In this document: positions 51,441 through 60,918 of the stretch, in pieces
Layout of the letters: each line of letters starts with the position of its first letter
Numbering within the stretch: position 1 is the stretch's first letter
Assembly: GCA_964291235.2 (NCBI GenBank)
Contig: OZ219816.1
Location: 864,001-928,000 of the forward strand
Source of the DNA: Vicinamibacteria bacterium
GTDB taxonomy: Bacteria; Acidobacteriota; Vicinamibacteria; Marinacidobacterales; Marinacidobacteraceae
Direction of reading: 5' to 3'
DNA: 64,000 nucleotides
Translations under genes and position numbers: made by a program
Notes under the pieces: generated by a model
What the model saw: the letters and a program-made list of their open reading frames with translations, nothing else
What the model was told of the DNA's origin: nothing
Databases searched by the model: none

Positions 51441-51884
51441 TCAATCCGTATCGGGACGTCCTCGTCCCGAGATGGCGTCAATCCGGTCCTGGGCCATTTC
51501 GCTGTCGCCGCGTTCCATGTCCCGCATGAGCATCAGGGTGTTGTGGAACAGGTCCAGCTTCCGGCGCAGACTTTCGAAAAGGGTTTCCTGGGCTTGTTCG
51601 TCTCCGGGCGCGGCGGCGGCGCGCCGGCGGCTGTCGGCGATGGCCGCGTCGAGCGCCTGACGCTCGTCCTCCATGGCCGCGTGCAGGTCTCCGAATCCTT
51701 CCGGATCCGCGGAGCGGAGAGCTGATTCCAGGTCGCCGATCGCCTCTTCGTAGAGGGCTTCGGCTTCGGTGAGCGGATCGGGTGCTTCGGCGGGAGCCGG
51801 CTCTTCTCCAGCCCAGGGCCGCACGATCAACAGGATTGCCACGATCCCCAGGAGGGCTGGCCAGAGCCACCGTGCCGGCCGCAT
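51441..51884 (-). CDS. Hypothetical membrane-anchored helical protein
   Basis: N-terminal TM helix, then YEEAI.DL...LDAAIADSR.A....P......L...RRKLDL. Confidence 0.65.
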   Translation of the reverse strand: MRPARWLWPALLGIVAILLIVRPWAGEEPAPAEAPDPLTEAEALYEEAIGDLESALRSADPEGFGDLHAAMEDERQALDAAIADSRRRAAAAPGDEQAQETLFESLRRKLDLFHNTLMLMRDMERGDSEMAQDRIDAISGRGRPDTD

Positions 51885-52157
51885 GAGGAAACCCTAGCAG
51901 CCTGTGGTGAAACTCACGTGAGCGCCGAGGCCGGTGAGGCGCGCGGCTGACAAGGCGCGTGAGGGAGGAATACCGGGTGTATTTCGACCGAAACGCAACG
52001 CAGAACGGAGCGAAGCGGAGTGGTTCAGGCGGGATGCATCGCCGGTCGAACGCCGCGTGGGTTTTGCCACAGGCTGCTAACGCCCGACAGGCGCCACCCC
52101 GCGGGCCGTGGATGCCAGGAGTCGTCGAAGCACTCTCCGGTGTCTTACGTTCCGCAC

Positions 52158-53873
52158 CTACCCGGGGTTCCGCAGCCACACCGCCGCCCAGGCGGCCACG
52201 ATGGCAAGCGCGGCGAACAGTACCGTCCAGCCGATGGAAGTCCGGAAGGTAAAGCTCTCGCGACGGGGGGAGGCGACGCCGGGGGCGGCCCAGCGGCGCA
52301 CCGCGGAGTCAACTGCCGTCACCGCTTCCCCGCGGAGGGCGCGGGCGACCGGACCGGTGGCCGCGAGCGCTCGCGTGAGCGCGCCGAACAGCCGCGCCAG
52401 GGGGACTCGGTAGAACCAGTCGGTGTCGAGGGCCATCGCGGGCGACGGGGTGAGCATCCGGCGGGCCAGGAAGAAGACCAGACCGGTCGCGGCCAGCAAT
52501 TGGACCGTGGAGACGACGTGGTCCAGCGTGTAGGGAACGTAGGTCGCGGCGTAGGGCAGCCGGCTGTAGAGCAACTGCGGAAATACTCCGTACCCGAAGC
52601 ACAGCCCGCCGGCGATCCCCATGGCGGCCAGCAGGTTCGTCGGCAGGGGGCGGACGGCCACCCCGCGCCGCTCGCCGAAGAACGCGAACCAGGGCAGCTT
52701 CAGCCCCACGGACAAGAAGGTGCCCACGGCGGCGAGCGAGAGCAGCAGCTCCGTCCAGAGGAGGTGCTCCTCGCCGGCGGCGCTGACGATCATGGACTTG
52801 CTGATGAAACCGTTGAACAGCGGAGCACCGGAGATCGAGAGCGCTCCGATTCCGTACATGGCGACCGCGAATCGCATCCGGGGCGAGATTCCGCCCAGAT
52901 CGGAGAGACGCCGCAGGCCGGTGGCCTCGATGGCGGCGCCCGCTCCCATGAACAGCAGCGCCTTGTAGAGAATGTGAGAAAAAGCGTGCGAGGCAGCGCC
53001 GTTGAGTGCGAGCTGGGTGCCGATTCCCACCGCGGTCACCATGTAGCCCACCTGGCTGACGATGTGGTACGAAAGCAATCGCCGGATGTCGTTCTCGATG
53101 ACCGCGAACGCGACTCCGTAGATCGTCATCACCACGCCCAGTGGGATCAGGATCTCGGTGCCCGGGAAGAGGCGCAGCAGGGCATAGACCGCCGTCTTGG
53201 TGGTAAAGGCCGAAAGGAACACGGAGGCCGAAGTAGAGGCCTCCGGGTAGCTGTCGGTCAGCCAGCCGTGGAGGGGCGGAATCGCGGCGTTGATCGCGAC
53301 CGCGGCCAGGATCAGCCAGGATGGTGGCGAGCCGGAGACCAGGGCCCCGAGCGATGCGTCCCCGCCGCTGCCCAGGTGGAGCGCCACGCCGACGAACAAC
53401 AGGGCGCCGCCGGTGGCGTGGACGAGCAGGTAGCGCATTCCCGCCCGCCGGGCGCGGTCCGTCCCGGACTGCCAGATCAGGGCCAGGGACGAAAAGGCCA
53501 TTGCCTCCCAGAAGACGAAGAAGGTGATCCAGTCCCCGGCCAGCACGGTAGCGATCGCGGAGCCGGCATAGAGCAGCGCGGCCGCCGTTTCGCCGGCGCG
53601 CATCCGGTGCGATCCGTAGAGAAACCCGAGCAGCGCCACGATCGCGAAGACCAGCGCGAAGAGCAGGCTCAGCCGGTCCGCGTGGAACCAGATGATCCGG
53701 AATCCCGCGACCGTCGTTTCCAGAGTGCCCTCCAGCCCGCGCAGGAGGGCGAGGAGCGCTCCCACCGCGACGACGACGCCCACCGGCGAACCAGGGAGGC
53801 GCTGGCGGTTGAGAATTACGAACGGAACCCCGAGAAAGAGCCAGAAGGCGGGATGGAGAAGCAGCGCGCTCAC
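52158..53873 (-). CDS. Mrp antiporter MrpD/NuoL-like subunit (third copy)
   Basis: FWEAM, PLHGWLTDSYPEA, SAFTTK, RRLLSYHIVSQVGYM, FNGFISK. Confidence 0.88.
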   Translation of the reverse strand: MSALLLHPAFWLFLGVPFVILNRQRLPGSPVGVVVAVGALLALLRGLEGTLETTVAGFRIIWFHADRLSLLFALVFAIVALLGFLYGSHRMRAGETAAALLYAGSAIATVLAGDWITFFVFWEAMAFSSLALIWQSGTDRARRAGMRYLLVHATGGALLFVGVALHLGSGGDASLGALVSGSPPSWLILAAVAINAAIPPLHGWLTDSYPEASTSASVFLSAFTTKTAVYALLRLFPGTEILIPLGVVMTIYGVAFAVIENDIRRLLSYHIVSQVGYMVTAVGIGTQLALNGAASHAFSHILYKALLFMGAGAAIEATGLRRLSDLGGISPRMRFAVAMYGIGALSISGAPLFNGFISKSMIVSAAGEEHLLWTELLLSLAAVGTFLSVGLKLPWFAFFGERRGVAVRPLPTNLLAAMGIAGGLCFGYGVFPQLLYSRLPYAATYVPYTLDHVVSTVQLLAATGLVFFLARRMLTPSPAMALDTDWFYRVPLARLFGALTRALAATGPVARALRGEAVTAVDSAVRRWAAPGVASPRRESFTFRTSIGWTVLFAALAIVAAWAAVWLRNPG

Positions 53874-54109
53874 GGGGCGTTGTCGTAGTAGCTCTCGGGG
53901 CGACTGAGAAAGCGCTTCAGGATCCGGCGCGAAAACCACACGAGACCAGCCGCCCCGATCGCTCCGAGGGCAAGGTCGGCGAGTGGCACGCTGTTCCAGA
54001 AGCCTCCGTGATGCTCTGTCCCGGAGACAAATCCGAACACGTCCAATCCGACGAGCGCGACCGTGGCGACGGCCAGACCCGCCAGCACCAGCGGTCTCCG
54101 CGTTCTCAC
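53870..54109 (-). CDS. Small 2-TM protein of the mrp operon
   Basis: 4-nt overlaps with both neighbours; C-terminal LSRPESYYD. Confidence 0.65.
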   Translation of the reverse strand: MRTRRPLVLAGLAVATVALVGLDVFGFVSGTEHHGGFWNSVPLADLALGAIGAAGLVWFSRRILKRFLSRPESYYDNAP

Positions 54110-55620
54110 GGCGTGCCTCCCAATCCGGTCAGGAACTGGGGAGCGGCCGTGGCAACGCTTTCGGCGGCGGACTGGGCGAGGAACCAGAAGCGGACGCCGG
54201 CGTCGGGAAACAGCCCGAGCGCGATCGCCGCCAGCGCGGCGAAAACCGGCGGGGCCACCAGCCAGGGGGTTGGTTCCCTCGCGGGACGGGAGTCGCCGGG
54301 TTCGAAGATCGCGATCCGGAGGATGGGCAGGTAGTAGGCGAGGTTCAGCAGACCGCTGACGACCAGCAAGAAGACCACCCAGAGCTGGTCGCCGCCGAGG
54401 GCGCCGATAGCGATGTTCCACTTGCTGATGAATCCCGGGAGCAGCGGAACTCCGGCCATCCCGAGTGCCCCGACCCCGAACGCGGCGAACGTGAAGGGCA
54501 TGGCGCGGCCCAGCCCGGACAACTGGGATATGTGCTCCCTTCCGGTCGCCGCATAGACGGAGCCCGCGCAGAAGAAGAGGGTGATTTTCAGGAAACCGTG
54601 GGCGACGATGTGAAAGGCGGCCCCCGCGAGGGCCAACGGGGTGCCGATCGCGGCCCCGAGAACGATGTAGCTGAGCTGGCTGATGGTCGAGTAGGCGAGT
54701 CGGCGCTTGAAGTGGTCCTCCCCCAGGGCGCGTAGCGACGCCATCAGAATCGTGCCGGCAGCGAGCAGGGCGAGCGGCAGGGCCAGCCCCAGATCGTGCA
54801 TCAGCTCGGGGCCGAAGACCCATCCTGTCAGCCGCAGGACACCGAACGCCCCCGCCTTGACGACCGCGACCGCGTGGAGCAGGGCGCTCACCGGAGTGGG
54901 CGCCACCATGGCGGCCGGCAGCCAGCCATGCAGCGGAAACAGTGCCGCCTTGGAGCCCACGCCTACGAGGAGGAGCACGAAGAGGACGCGGAGGGCGCCG
55001 TCCGAAGCGGTGCCGGTGAGGAAGCCGCCGGGAGTGAACTGCGCGCCGGGGGCCAGGGTGCCCGCCCACACCACGGCGCCCAGCAGCAGTTGACCCGCGA
55101 TGAGGGTGTAGGCGAGGTAGGACCGTCCCGACCCGAGCACTCCCGAAGTCCGCTTGTGCACCACCAGGGGCCACGTCGCCAGGGTAAGGACCTCGTAGCA
55201 GATCAGGAACGTCACGAGGTTGGCGGCGAGGGCGACACCGGCGGCCGCCGACACCGCCGTCGCGAACGCAGCGAAGTAGCCGGTCTGGTGCTTGAGGCCG
55301 AGCGTCCGGAGATACCCCACGGAGTAGCTGGAGGTGGCCAGCCAGAGGATCGAGGCGAGGGTGAGGAAAATGAGCCCCAGCGGGTCGGCGCGGAACTGGA
55401 GCGGCATCCCCGGGAGCAGGGGCAGGGCCGGGCTCAGGTGGGCTGCGCCCACGAAGGCGGCCGGCAGCATGGAAAGCGCCGCGCCGAGCTGCACGGCTCC
55501 CGCCAGGAACGTCCACCCCTCCCGGAGGGCGGGACGCCGCCTGCTGAGGAGAATCGGAACCACCACGGCCAACCCCGCGCCTACGGCGAGGAAGGGGCGC
55601 AGCGAGACGATCTCGGTCAC
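54106..55620 (-). CDS. Mrp antiporter MrpD-like subunit (second copy)
   Basis: PLHGWLPAAMVAPTPVSALLHAVAVVKAG, KRRLAYSTISQLSY, GFISKW. Confidence 0.9.
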   Translation of the reverse strand: MTEIVSLRPFLAVGAGLAVVVPILLSRRRPALREGWTFLAGAVQLGAALSMLPAAFVGAAHLSPALPLLPGMPLQFRADPLGLIFLTLASILWLATSSYSVGYLRTLGLKHQTGYFAAFATAVSAAAGVALAANLVTFLICYEVLTLATWPLVVHKRTSGVLGSGRSYLAYTLIAGQLLLGAVVWAGTLAPGAQFTPGGFLTGTASDGALRVLFVLLLVGVGSKAALFPLHGWLPAAMVAPTPVSALLHAVAVVKAGAFGVLRLTGWVFGPELMHDLGLALPLALLAAGTILMASLRALGEDHFKRRLAYSTISQLSYIVLGAAIGTPLALAGAAFHIVAHGFLKITLFFCAGSVYAATGREHISQLSGLGRAMPFTFAAFGVGALGMAGVPLLPGFISKWNIAIGALGGDQLWVVFLLVVSGLLNLAYYLPILRIAIFEPGDSRPAREPTPWLVAPPVFAALAAIALGLFPDAGVRFWFLAQSAAESVATAAPQFLTGLGGTP

Positions 55621-57161
55621 GGAGTTGCGGTCCGGGAAACGCTCGGCGCTCCGGACGGCCAGTCCGGCAGCACCTGCCGCTCGAAGGGACGCGCGAACAC
55701 CCCGGTGAGCAGTAACAGGGCGGCGAGTCCGATGACCGGGGCCGCGAGCGAGCGGGGCCAGAGCGGGGAGCGGCCTCCGGCCGGATCAGGAGGAGCAGCG
55801 GCATCCGCCGCCGCGGCCGGCGCCTGGAACCACACCGCCTCCAGCAGCCGGAGGAAATAGACGGTGGCCAGCAGGCTGGAAACGATGATGGCGGCGAAGG
55901 CCGCCACCCCCGCGGGTCCTCCGGTCTCGATGGAGGCCGAGAGCAGGTAGTACTTCGAGAAGAACCCGGCGGTCGGCGGAATGCCGATCATGGAGAGCGC
56001 GGCGACGGTGAGTGCTGCCAGGGTCCACGGGGCGCGGGCGCCGAGTCCGGCCCAATGCGCGACGTCGTCACCGCCCCGCCGGTCGCGGATGCCGCCGGCG
56101 CCGAAGAACAGGCATCCCTTGGCCAGCGCGTGCGCCACGATGTGGAAGAGGGCGCCGGTGATGGCGAGCGCGGACCCCATTCCCACCCCGATGAGGATCA
56201 TTCCCATGGCCGAGATGCTGGACCAGGCGAGCATCCGGGTGACGGCCCGCTGGGCAACGGCGAGGACTCCGCCCACCAGCACTCCCAGGACTCCCAGCCA
56301 GAGCGTCATTTCGAGGACCACCGCGCCTGCCTGGGTCCCGGCCAGCACCTCTCCGAGCAAACGGAGGAGCGCGTAGGCGCTGACCTTTGCCATGACGGCG
56401 GCGATGAACCCGGCCGCGGGAGTCGGTGTGTACGCGTAGGTGTCGGGCAGCCAGCCGTGGAGCGGAAAGAGCGCCGCCTTGATGGAAAGACCGACGGCGA
56501 TCAGGACCACCGCGACAGTGAGAGCTCCATCCGCTTCGACCGTCGCGAGCCGGGCGGCGAGGTCGTCCATGTTGAGGGTTCCGGTAAGTGCGTAGAGGAA
56601 CCCGACGCCGAACAGATAGAGCGAGCCGGCGGCGGTGCCGGCCAGCAGGTATCGAAAGGCCGCGACAGTGGCGCGGCCTCCCCCGGACGCGATGAGGGTG
56701 TACGCGGCGAGCGAGGAGATCTCGAGAAAGACGAAGAGGTTGAAGACATCCCGGGTGACGACAATCCCCAGCAGGCCGCCCAACAGCAGGAGCAGGGCTC
56801 CGCGCAGCAGACCCTCCCGGATCGGGCTCGTGGCCGGTCCCCTGCCGTCAGGCTCCTTGCCGAAGGTCTGGGCGACCGCGGCAAAACACGCCATGCCGGC
56901 CACCAGCAATGCGATCAGCCCACTCAGGCCGTCCAGCCACAGTTCGATGCCCCAGGGGCCCGGCCAGCCTCCTACCGCATACCGAATCGGCCCGTTTGCG
57001 GCCACCGAGACGAACAGGCCCAGGGCGGTTCCGAAGATCGCGGCGTGCAGGCCGAGCGCCAGGCCGCGGGTGCTGCGGCGCCGGAGGACGGCGAGCAGCG
57101 GAACGAGGGCTGCCCCGGCCAGTGGCAGCGCGACCAGCAGACCGGGAAGGATGTCGCGCAC
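55617..57161 (-). CDS. mrpD: Mrp antiporter subunit D
   Basis: DVFNLFVFLEI, TGTLNM, KAALFPLHGWLPDTY, GIPPTAGFFSK. Confidence 0.9.
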   Translation of the reverse strand: MRDILPGLLVALPLAGAALVPLLAVLRRRSTRGLALGLHAAIFGTALGLFVSVAANGPIRYAVGGWPGPWGIELWLDGLSGLIALLVAGMACFAAVAQTFGKEPDGRGPATSPIREGLLRGALLLLLGGLLGIVVTRDVFNLFVFLEISSLAAYTLIASGGGRATVAAFRYLLAGTAAGSLYLFGVGFLYALTGTLNMDDLAARLATVEADGALTVAVVLIAVGLSIKAALFPLHGWLPDTYAYTPTPAAGFIAAVMAKVSAYALLRLLGEVLAGTQAGAVVLEMTLWLGVLGVLVGGVLAVAQRAVTRMLAWSSISAMGMILIGVGMGSALAITGALFHIVAHALAKGCLFFGAGGIRDRRGGDDVAHWAGLGARAPWTLAALTVAALSMIGIPPTAGFFSKYYLLSASIETGGPAGVAAFAAIIVSSLLATVYFLRLLEAVWFQAPAAAADAAAPPDPAGGRSPLWPRSLAAPVIGLAALLLLTGVFARPFERQVLPDWPSGAPSVSRTATP

Positions 57162-57173
57162 GCGTGCCGGCCG

Positions 57174-57518
57174 CTACCGGAGTTGGTCGCGCAGTCGCGG
57201 TTCGTTGAGCGTCCGGAAACGACCCCTGATGCGCACGAGCAGACCGAGCGCGAGACCGGTGGTGGCAACGGAAACCACGATGGCGGTGAGCATCAGGGTG
57301 TGGGGCAGGGGGTTCATGAAATCCGCCGCCGCCGGACTTCCTCCCTCGCCGAGGATCGGGATCGAAGCGCCCTCCTTGTATCCGAGAGAAATGAAGAACA
57401 CGATGACCGCGACCTGCATCACATTCATCGCGAGTAGTTTGCGCAGGAGGTTCGGCAGCATCGCCATGCCGCCGATGCCGATGGTGAAGAGCACGGCGGC
57501 GAATGCGTACGTAGTCAA
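57174..57518 (-). CDS. mrpC: Mrp antiporter subunit C
   Basis: NPLPHTLMLTAIVV. Confidence 0.92.
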   Translation of the reverse strand: MTTYAFAAVLFTIGIGGMAMLPNLLRKLLAMNVMQVAVIVFFISLGYKEGASIPILGEGGSPAAADFMNPLPHTLMLTAIVVSVATTGLALGLLVRIRGRFRTLNEPRLRDQLR

Positions 57519-58363
57519 TCGGGACTGCCTCCGTCGGGCTGCGGAGGAACGCCGTTTTCGCCCATGCCGAGGCTGATGGTGTCGAACAGCATGCTCACCG
57601 TGCCCGCGACCGTGAGGAATACGGCGGCTTCGATGCCGAGGGTGGCGAGTTCCCGAACGTGGGCGGGATCACCTCCCAGGGGCAGCACACCGTAGTCGAG
57701 AAAGGCGCCGCCAAACGCCATGGCGGCCAGTCCGATCCCGACGTACCCGAGGATCCCGGCGCAGGCGAGGATGAGGGACCCTCGAAGGCCCGGACCGAAG
57801 GCCGGGACCTCCGGATCCCCGTTGGGGCGCGTGCGCGGCGGCCCCCAGACGAACCGCATCATGATGAGCCCGGAGCCGAACAGCACACCGCCCTGAAAGC
57901 CGCCTCCCGGGCTCACGTGCCCGTGGACGAGGACGTACACCGCGAATAGCAGCACTACCGGAACGAGGATCCTGGCGACGGTGTCCAGGAGGACACTTCC
58001 GAAGGGATGGGACATCCCGGGGGCGGGCCTCTCGGTGGGCGCGCCCCCGAACGCAAGGATCACGAGACACCCGAGACCCGCCGCGAAGATGACCGCCGTT
58101 TCGCCGAGCGTGTCGTAGCCGCGATAGTCGGCGAGGACCGCGGTCACCATGTTCGCGGCCCCCGTTTCGCCGGCGGCGTCCTCGATGTAGCGGGGCGAGA
58201 CGTGGGTGGACGCGGGAGAGGCGGGATCGCCAAACCGCGGCAGCTCCGCCATGCCGGCGACGAGGCCGCCCAGCAGGGCCAGGAACGCGACGACTCCCAG
58301 GAACCTCCCCAGGCGGACCGTCCACGACGCGCGACCGGGAGGCGCCGCCGACGAGGAGTCCAT
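57515..58363 (-). CDS. mrpB: Mrp antiporter subunit B (MnhB-like)
   Basis: NMVTAVLADYRGYDTLGE and GHVSPGGGFQGG. Confidence 0.9.
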   Translation of the reverse strand: MDSSSAAPPGRASWTVRLGRFLGVVAFLALLGGLVAGMAELPRFGDPASPASTHVSPRYIEDAAGETGAANMVTAVLADYRGYDTLGETAVIFAAGLGCLVILAFGGAPTERPAPGMSHPFGSVLLDTVARILVPVVLLFAVYVLVHGHVSPGGGFQGGVLFGSGLIMMRFVWGPPRTRPNGDPEVPAFGPGLRGSLILACAGILGYVGIGLAAMAFGGAFLDYGVLPLGGDPAHVRELATLGIEAAVFLTVAGTVSMLFDTISLGMGENGVPPQPDGGSPD

Positions 58364-58611
58364 CAGTCGAATTCCCGGCTGGTCCGGAACGCGGTGGAGA
58401 CGAACAGGATCGTGGTCAACGCCCCCCCGACGCAGGCCTCGGTAAAGGCCACGTCCACGGCGCCCAGCAGCGCGAACCAGGTCGCTGCCGAGAAGCTGAA
58501 GACCCCGAAGAGGGCCGCCGCCGCCAGCAGATCCCTGGCGGCGAGCGCGCACACCGCGGAAATCACCATCGCGGCGAGCAGGCCGATGCTGATCAGGTGC
58601 GCTTCGCCCAT
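58363..58611 (-). CDS. DUF4040 (stand-alone MrpA C-terminal/MbhD-like) subunit
   Basis: RDLLAA...LGAVDVAFTEACVG. Confidence 0.85.
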   Translation of the reverse strand: MGEAHLISIGLLAAMVISAVCALAARDLLAAAALFGVFSFSAATWFALLGAVDVAFTEACVGGALTTILFVSTAFRTSREFD

Positions 58612-58928
58612 CACGACCCCTTCGGCGGCTCGTAGGTTCCCCACATCGGAACACCGCTGCGGCGGGCCGCCCGGGCGAGAGCGTGCGTCGCCGTCGGGTT
58701 GGCAAGACCCACGAAGATCAGCACCAGAATGAGCTTGACGGCTACCTCGGGGTCACGGGAGAGGACGGCGAGCCCGAGAAGGCTGAGCGCGAGCCCGGCG
58801 GTCTCGCATTTCCCGATCGCGTGGAGTCGCGTGAAGAAATCAGGGAGACGCAGGACACCAATAACCGCGGTCAGGATGAAGAACGATCCGGCCGCCAGCA
58901 GGATGGCGGCGAGCGTCTCGATCAGCAT
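58611..58928 (-). CDS. mrpG: Mrp antiporter subunit G
   Basis: GVLRLPDFFTRLHA and NPTATHALARAA. Confidence 0.92.
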   Translation of the reverse strand: MLIETLAAILLAAGSFFILTAVIGVLRLPDFFTRLHAIGKCETAGLALSLLGLAVLSRDPEVAVKLILVLIFVGLANPTATHALARAARRSGVPMWGTYEPPKGS

Positions 58929-58942
58929 GAACGGGAACGGGA

Positions 58943-59206
58943 TCAGCCGCGGGAGGCCTCGAAATACTTGGCGATGACCAGCGCGCCGAGAAACCCGATG
59001 AGCGCGTAGGCGAGCGCGATGTCGGTGAACATCTCCGGCCGCCCGGAGAGTTCTCCCGCGACCACCAGCAGAATCAGGGTCTTGGCGGCGATGAGCGCCA
59101 GCCCCGAGAGGCGATCCCACAGCGTCGGTCCGCGCACGACGCGGAAGAGGGATCCGGCCGCGGCCAGCAGGAGGATGCCCGCGAAGGCGATCAGCAGGAG
59201 GTGCAT
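58943..59206 (-). CDS. mrpF: Mrp antiporter subunit F
   Basis: RVVRGPTLWDR and DIALAYALIGF. Confidence 0.92.
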   Translation of the reverse strand: MHLLLIAFAGILLLAAAGSLFRVVRGPTLWDRLSGLALIAAKTLILLVVAGELSGRPEMFTDIALAYALIGFLGALVIAKYFEASRG

Positions 59207-59739
59207 CAGCGGGGAAGGGCCAGAACCTTGAAGAGCTTGCGCACCCGCCGGACAATCGGGCCCCCGTCGCCGGCAAAGCTCAGGGCCGTGGCCTCATCGA
59301 GCAGATGGACGTCGAGGCCCTCGTCGTCGCAGTCGATGGTCAGAGTACCCGGGGTCAGGGTAATGGAGTGAGCGAGGGTCAGGCGGGCGATCGGATGCGG
59401 CAGGTCATCCCGGAGGCGCACGATCAGCGGGGCGATCAGCAACCGGCGACCGAGCACCACGCGCGCCACGTCGCCTGCCGCCCGCAGGATCTGCACCGCC
59501 AACCAACCGCCATAGCCCAGGAGGTGATGAATTTTCAGGGGAATGCGGGCGAAGTCACCGGAAGGCATCGGCCGCGGAAACGACTGGTACAGCCCGCGCG
59601 TTGTGAACGCGATGGCGGAGGCCGAAATCAGGCCGATCGTCAGATGAAAGGCGTCCAGCTTCTGGGAAAGGGCGACCCAGAAACCGAAGAGCAGGAGAGC
59701 GGCCAGGACCACTGGCCGGACGCGGCGCCGATCCGACAT
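59206..59739 (-). CDS. mrpE: Mrp antiporter subunit E
   Basis: LAHSITLTPGTLTID. Confidence 0.92.
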   Translation of the reverse strand: MSDRRRVRPVVLAALLLFGFWVALSQKLDAFHLTIGLISASAIAFTTRGLYQSFPRPMPSGDFARIPLKIHHLLGYGGWLAVQILRAAGDVARVVLGRRLLIAPLIVRLRDDLPHPIARLTLAHSITLTPGTLTIDCDDEGLDVHLLDEATALSFAGDGGPIVRRVRKLFKVLALPR

Positions 59740-59764
59740 TCAGGTCTGGAATCCCACGTGGGGG

Positions 59765-60463
59765 TTACTTGTAGTAGTTGACCCCGATCATGGCCTGCTG
59801 CGTGCGGAAGGAGAAGTCTTTCGATGACCAGAGGCGGTATTCCGCGCGCGCCGACAGGTAGGAGAAGACATAGACCTCGAAGCCGACGGCGATGTGCGCG
59901 GTGGGCGCGTAGGTCGTGTGCTCCAGGGTGATCTCGTTTCCGATGGGAACCCGGATCCGGAAATTCGTCTGTTGATCGTCCGCGGGATCGGTCGTCTCGT
60001 AGATGAAATCCTCCCGGAGTTCATCCCGCCGCACGATTCCGGCTCCGGCAAGGACGTACATCTGGAACGGCTGGCGCCTCCCGAGGTGGTACACGACGGA
60101 CCCGTCCAGGTGGTACCGATTGGTCCGGAACTGGTATGCGGGTTCCGCCACCACATCCTCGACCGCATCGTTGGTCGCCGTGTAGCGCCGGTTGGAGCGC
60201 CCGAAGAAGACCCCGGTGGCGATACTGAAGCGCTCGGTCGCCCGAAACGCCGCCGTTCCGCCGATTCCGGCGCCCCTTCCCGGACTCAGTTCGGGACGCG
60301 CGAAGAACTGGAGCCCCGCCCCGGCGAACAGTCGGAATTTATGGTCCTGGCCGGTAGCCGGGGCTGCCGCCAGCAGCACCAGAGCCACGAATACAGGGGA
60401 AAAAGCCGCGCGGAGGCGGCTACGCCGCGCCGTCGGCAGGGGGATGTCTTCCGGCGCTGTCAA
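59765..60463 (-). CDS. Outer-membrane beta-barrel protein (OmpA/OmpW-like 8-stranded type)
   Basis: Signal peptide, amphipathic strands, MYVLAGAG, SARAEYR and aromatic C-terminus. Confidence 0.7.
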   Translation of the reverse strand: MTAPEDIPLPTARRSRLRAAFSPVFVALVLLAAAPATGQDHKFRLFAGAGLQFFARPELSPGRGAGIGGTAAFRATERFSIATGVFFGRSNRRYTATNDAVEDVVAEPAYQFRTNRYHLDGSVVYHLGRRQPFQMYVLAGAGIVRRDELREDFIYETTDPADDQQTNFRIRVPIGNEITLEHTTYAPTAHIAVGFEVYVFSYLSARAEYRLWSSKDFSFRTQQAMIGVNYYK

Positions 60464-60563
60464 ATCGGTCGGAATGCTACTCCACCGCGAGCGGTCCGGG
60501 AGCGGGGCACCTCAGAGTCTCCGCCCGATGCGCGATTTGGAACGGAGCGGAGTCCCATTGCGA

Positions 60564-60750
60564 GGAGCGCCGGCCTCTGGCCGGCATCGCGGCCGGAGGC
60601 CGCGAAACTCCCAGACTCAGTCAGCCTTGATGACGGCAACCCACGCGGGGACGGCGTAACGCCCGCGTGCCATTGCGCCGTACGGCTGAGGGGCGATGTG
60701 CGGTTTCGCTCCCTTTCGGGGAGCGATGCCGGCCAGAGGCCGGCGCTCCG
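60564..60750. repeat. Inverted pair of REP-like palindromes
   Basis: GGAGCGCCGGCCTCTGGCCGGCATCGC (60564-60590) and GCGATGCCGGCCAGAGGCCGGCGCTCC (60723-60749) are exact reverse complements. Confidence 0.85.
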
Positions 60751-60918
60751 ACGCTATGTCGGCGTAACGCCCCTGTGCCTGCGCCCCCCACCGGGAGAAC
60801 GGGCGCCAACCGAACTCGCTCGCGCGCTGACGCGCACCTCGGCGAGCAGCGAACGGAGTTCGCCGCCGTCAATCCCTACGCCGTGGGGCTGCGCCACCCC
60901 CTCCGCTACCCTGTCGCA

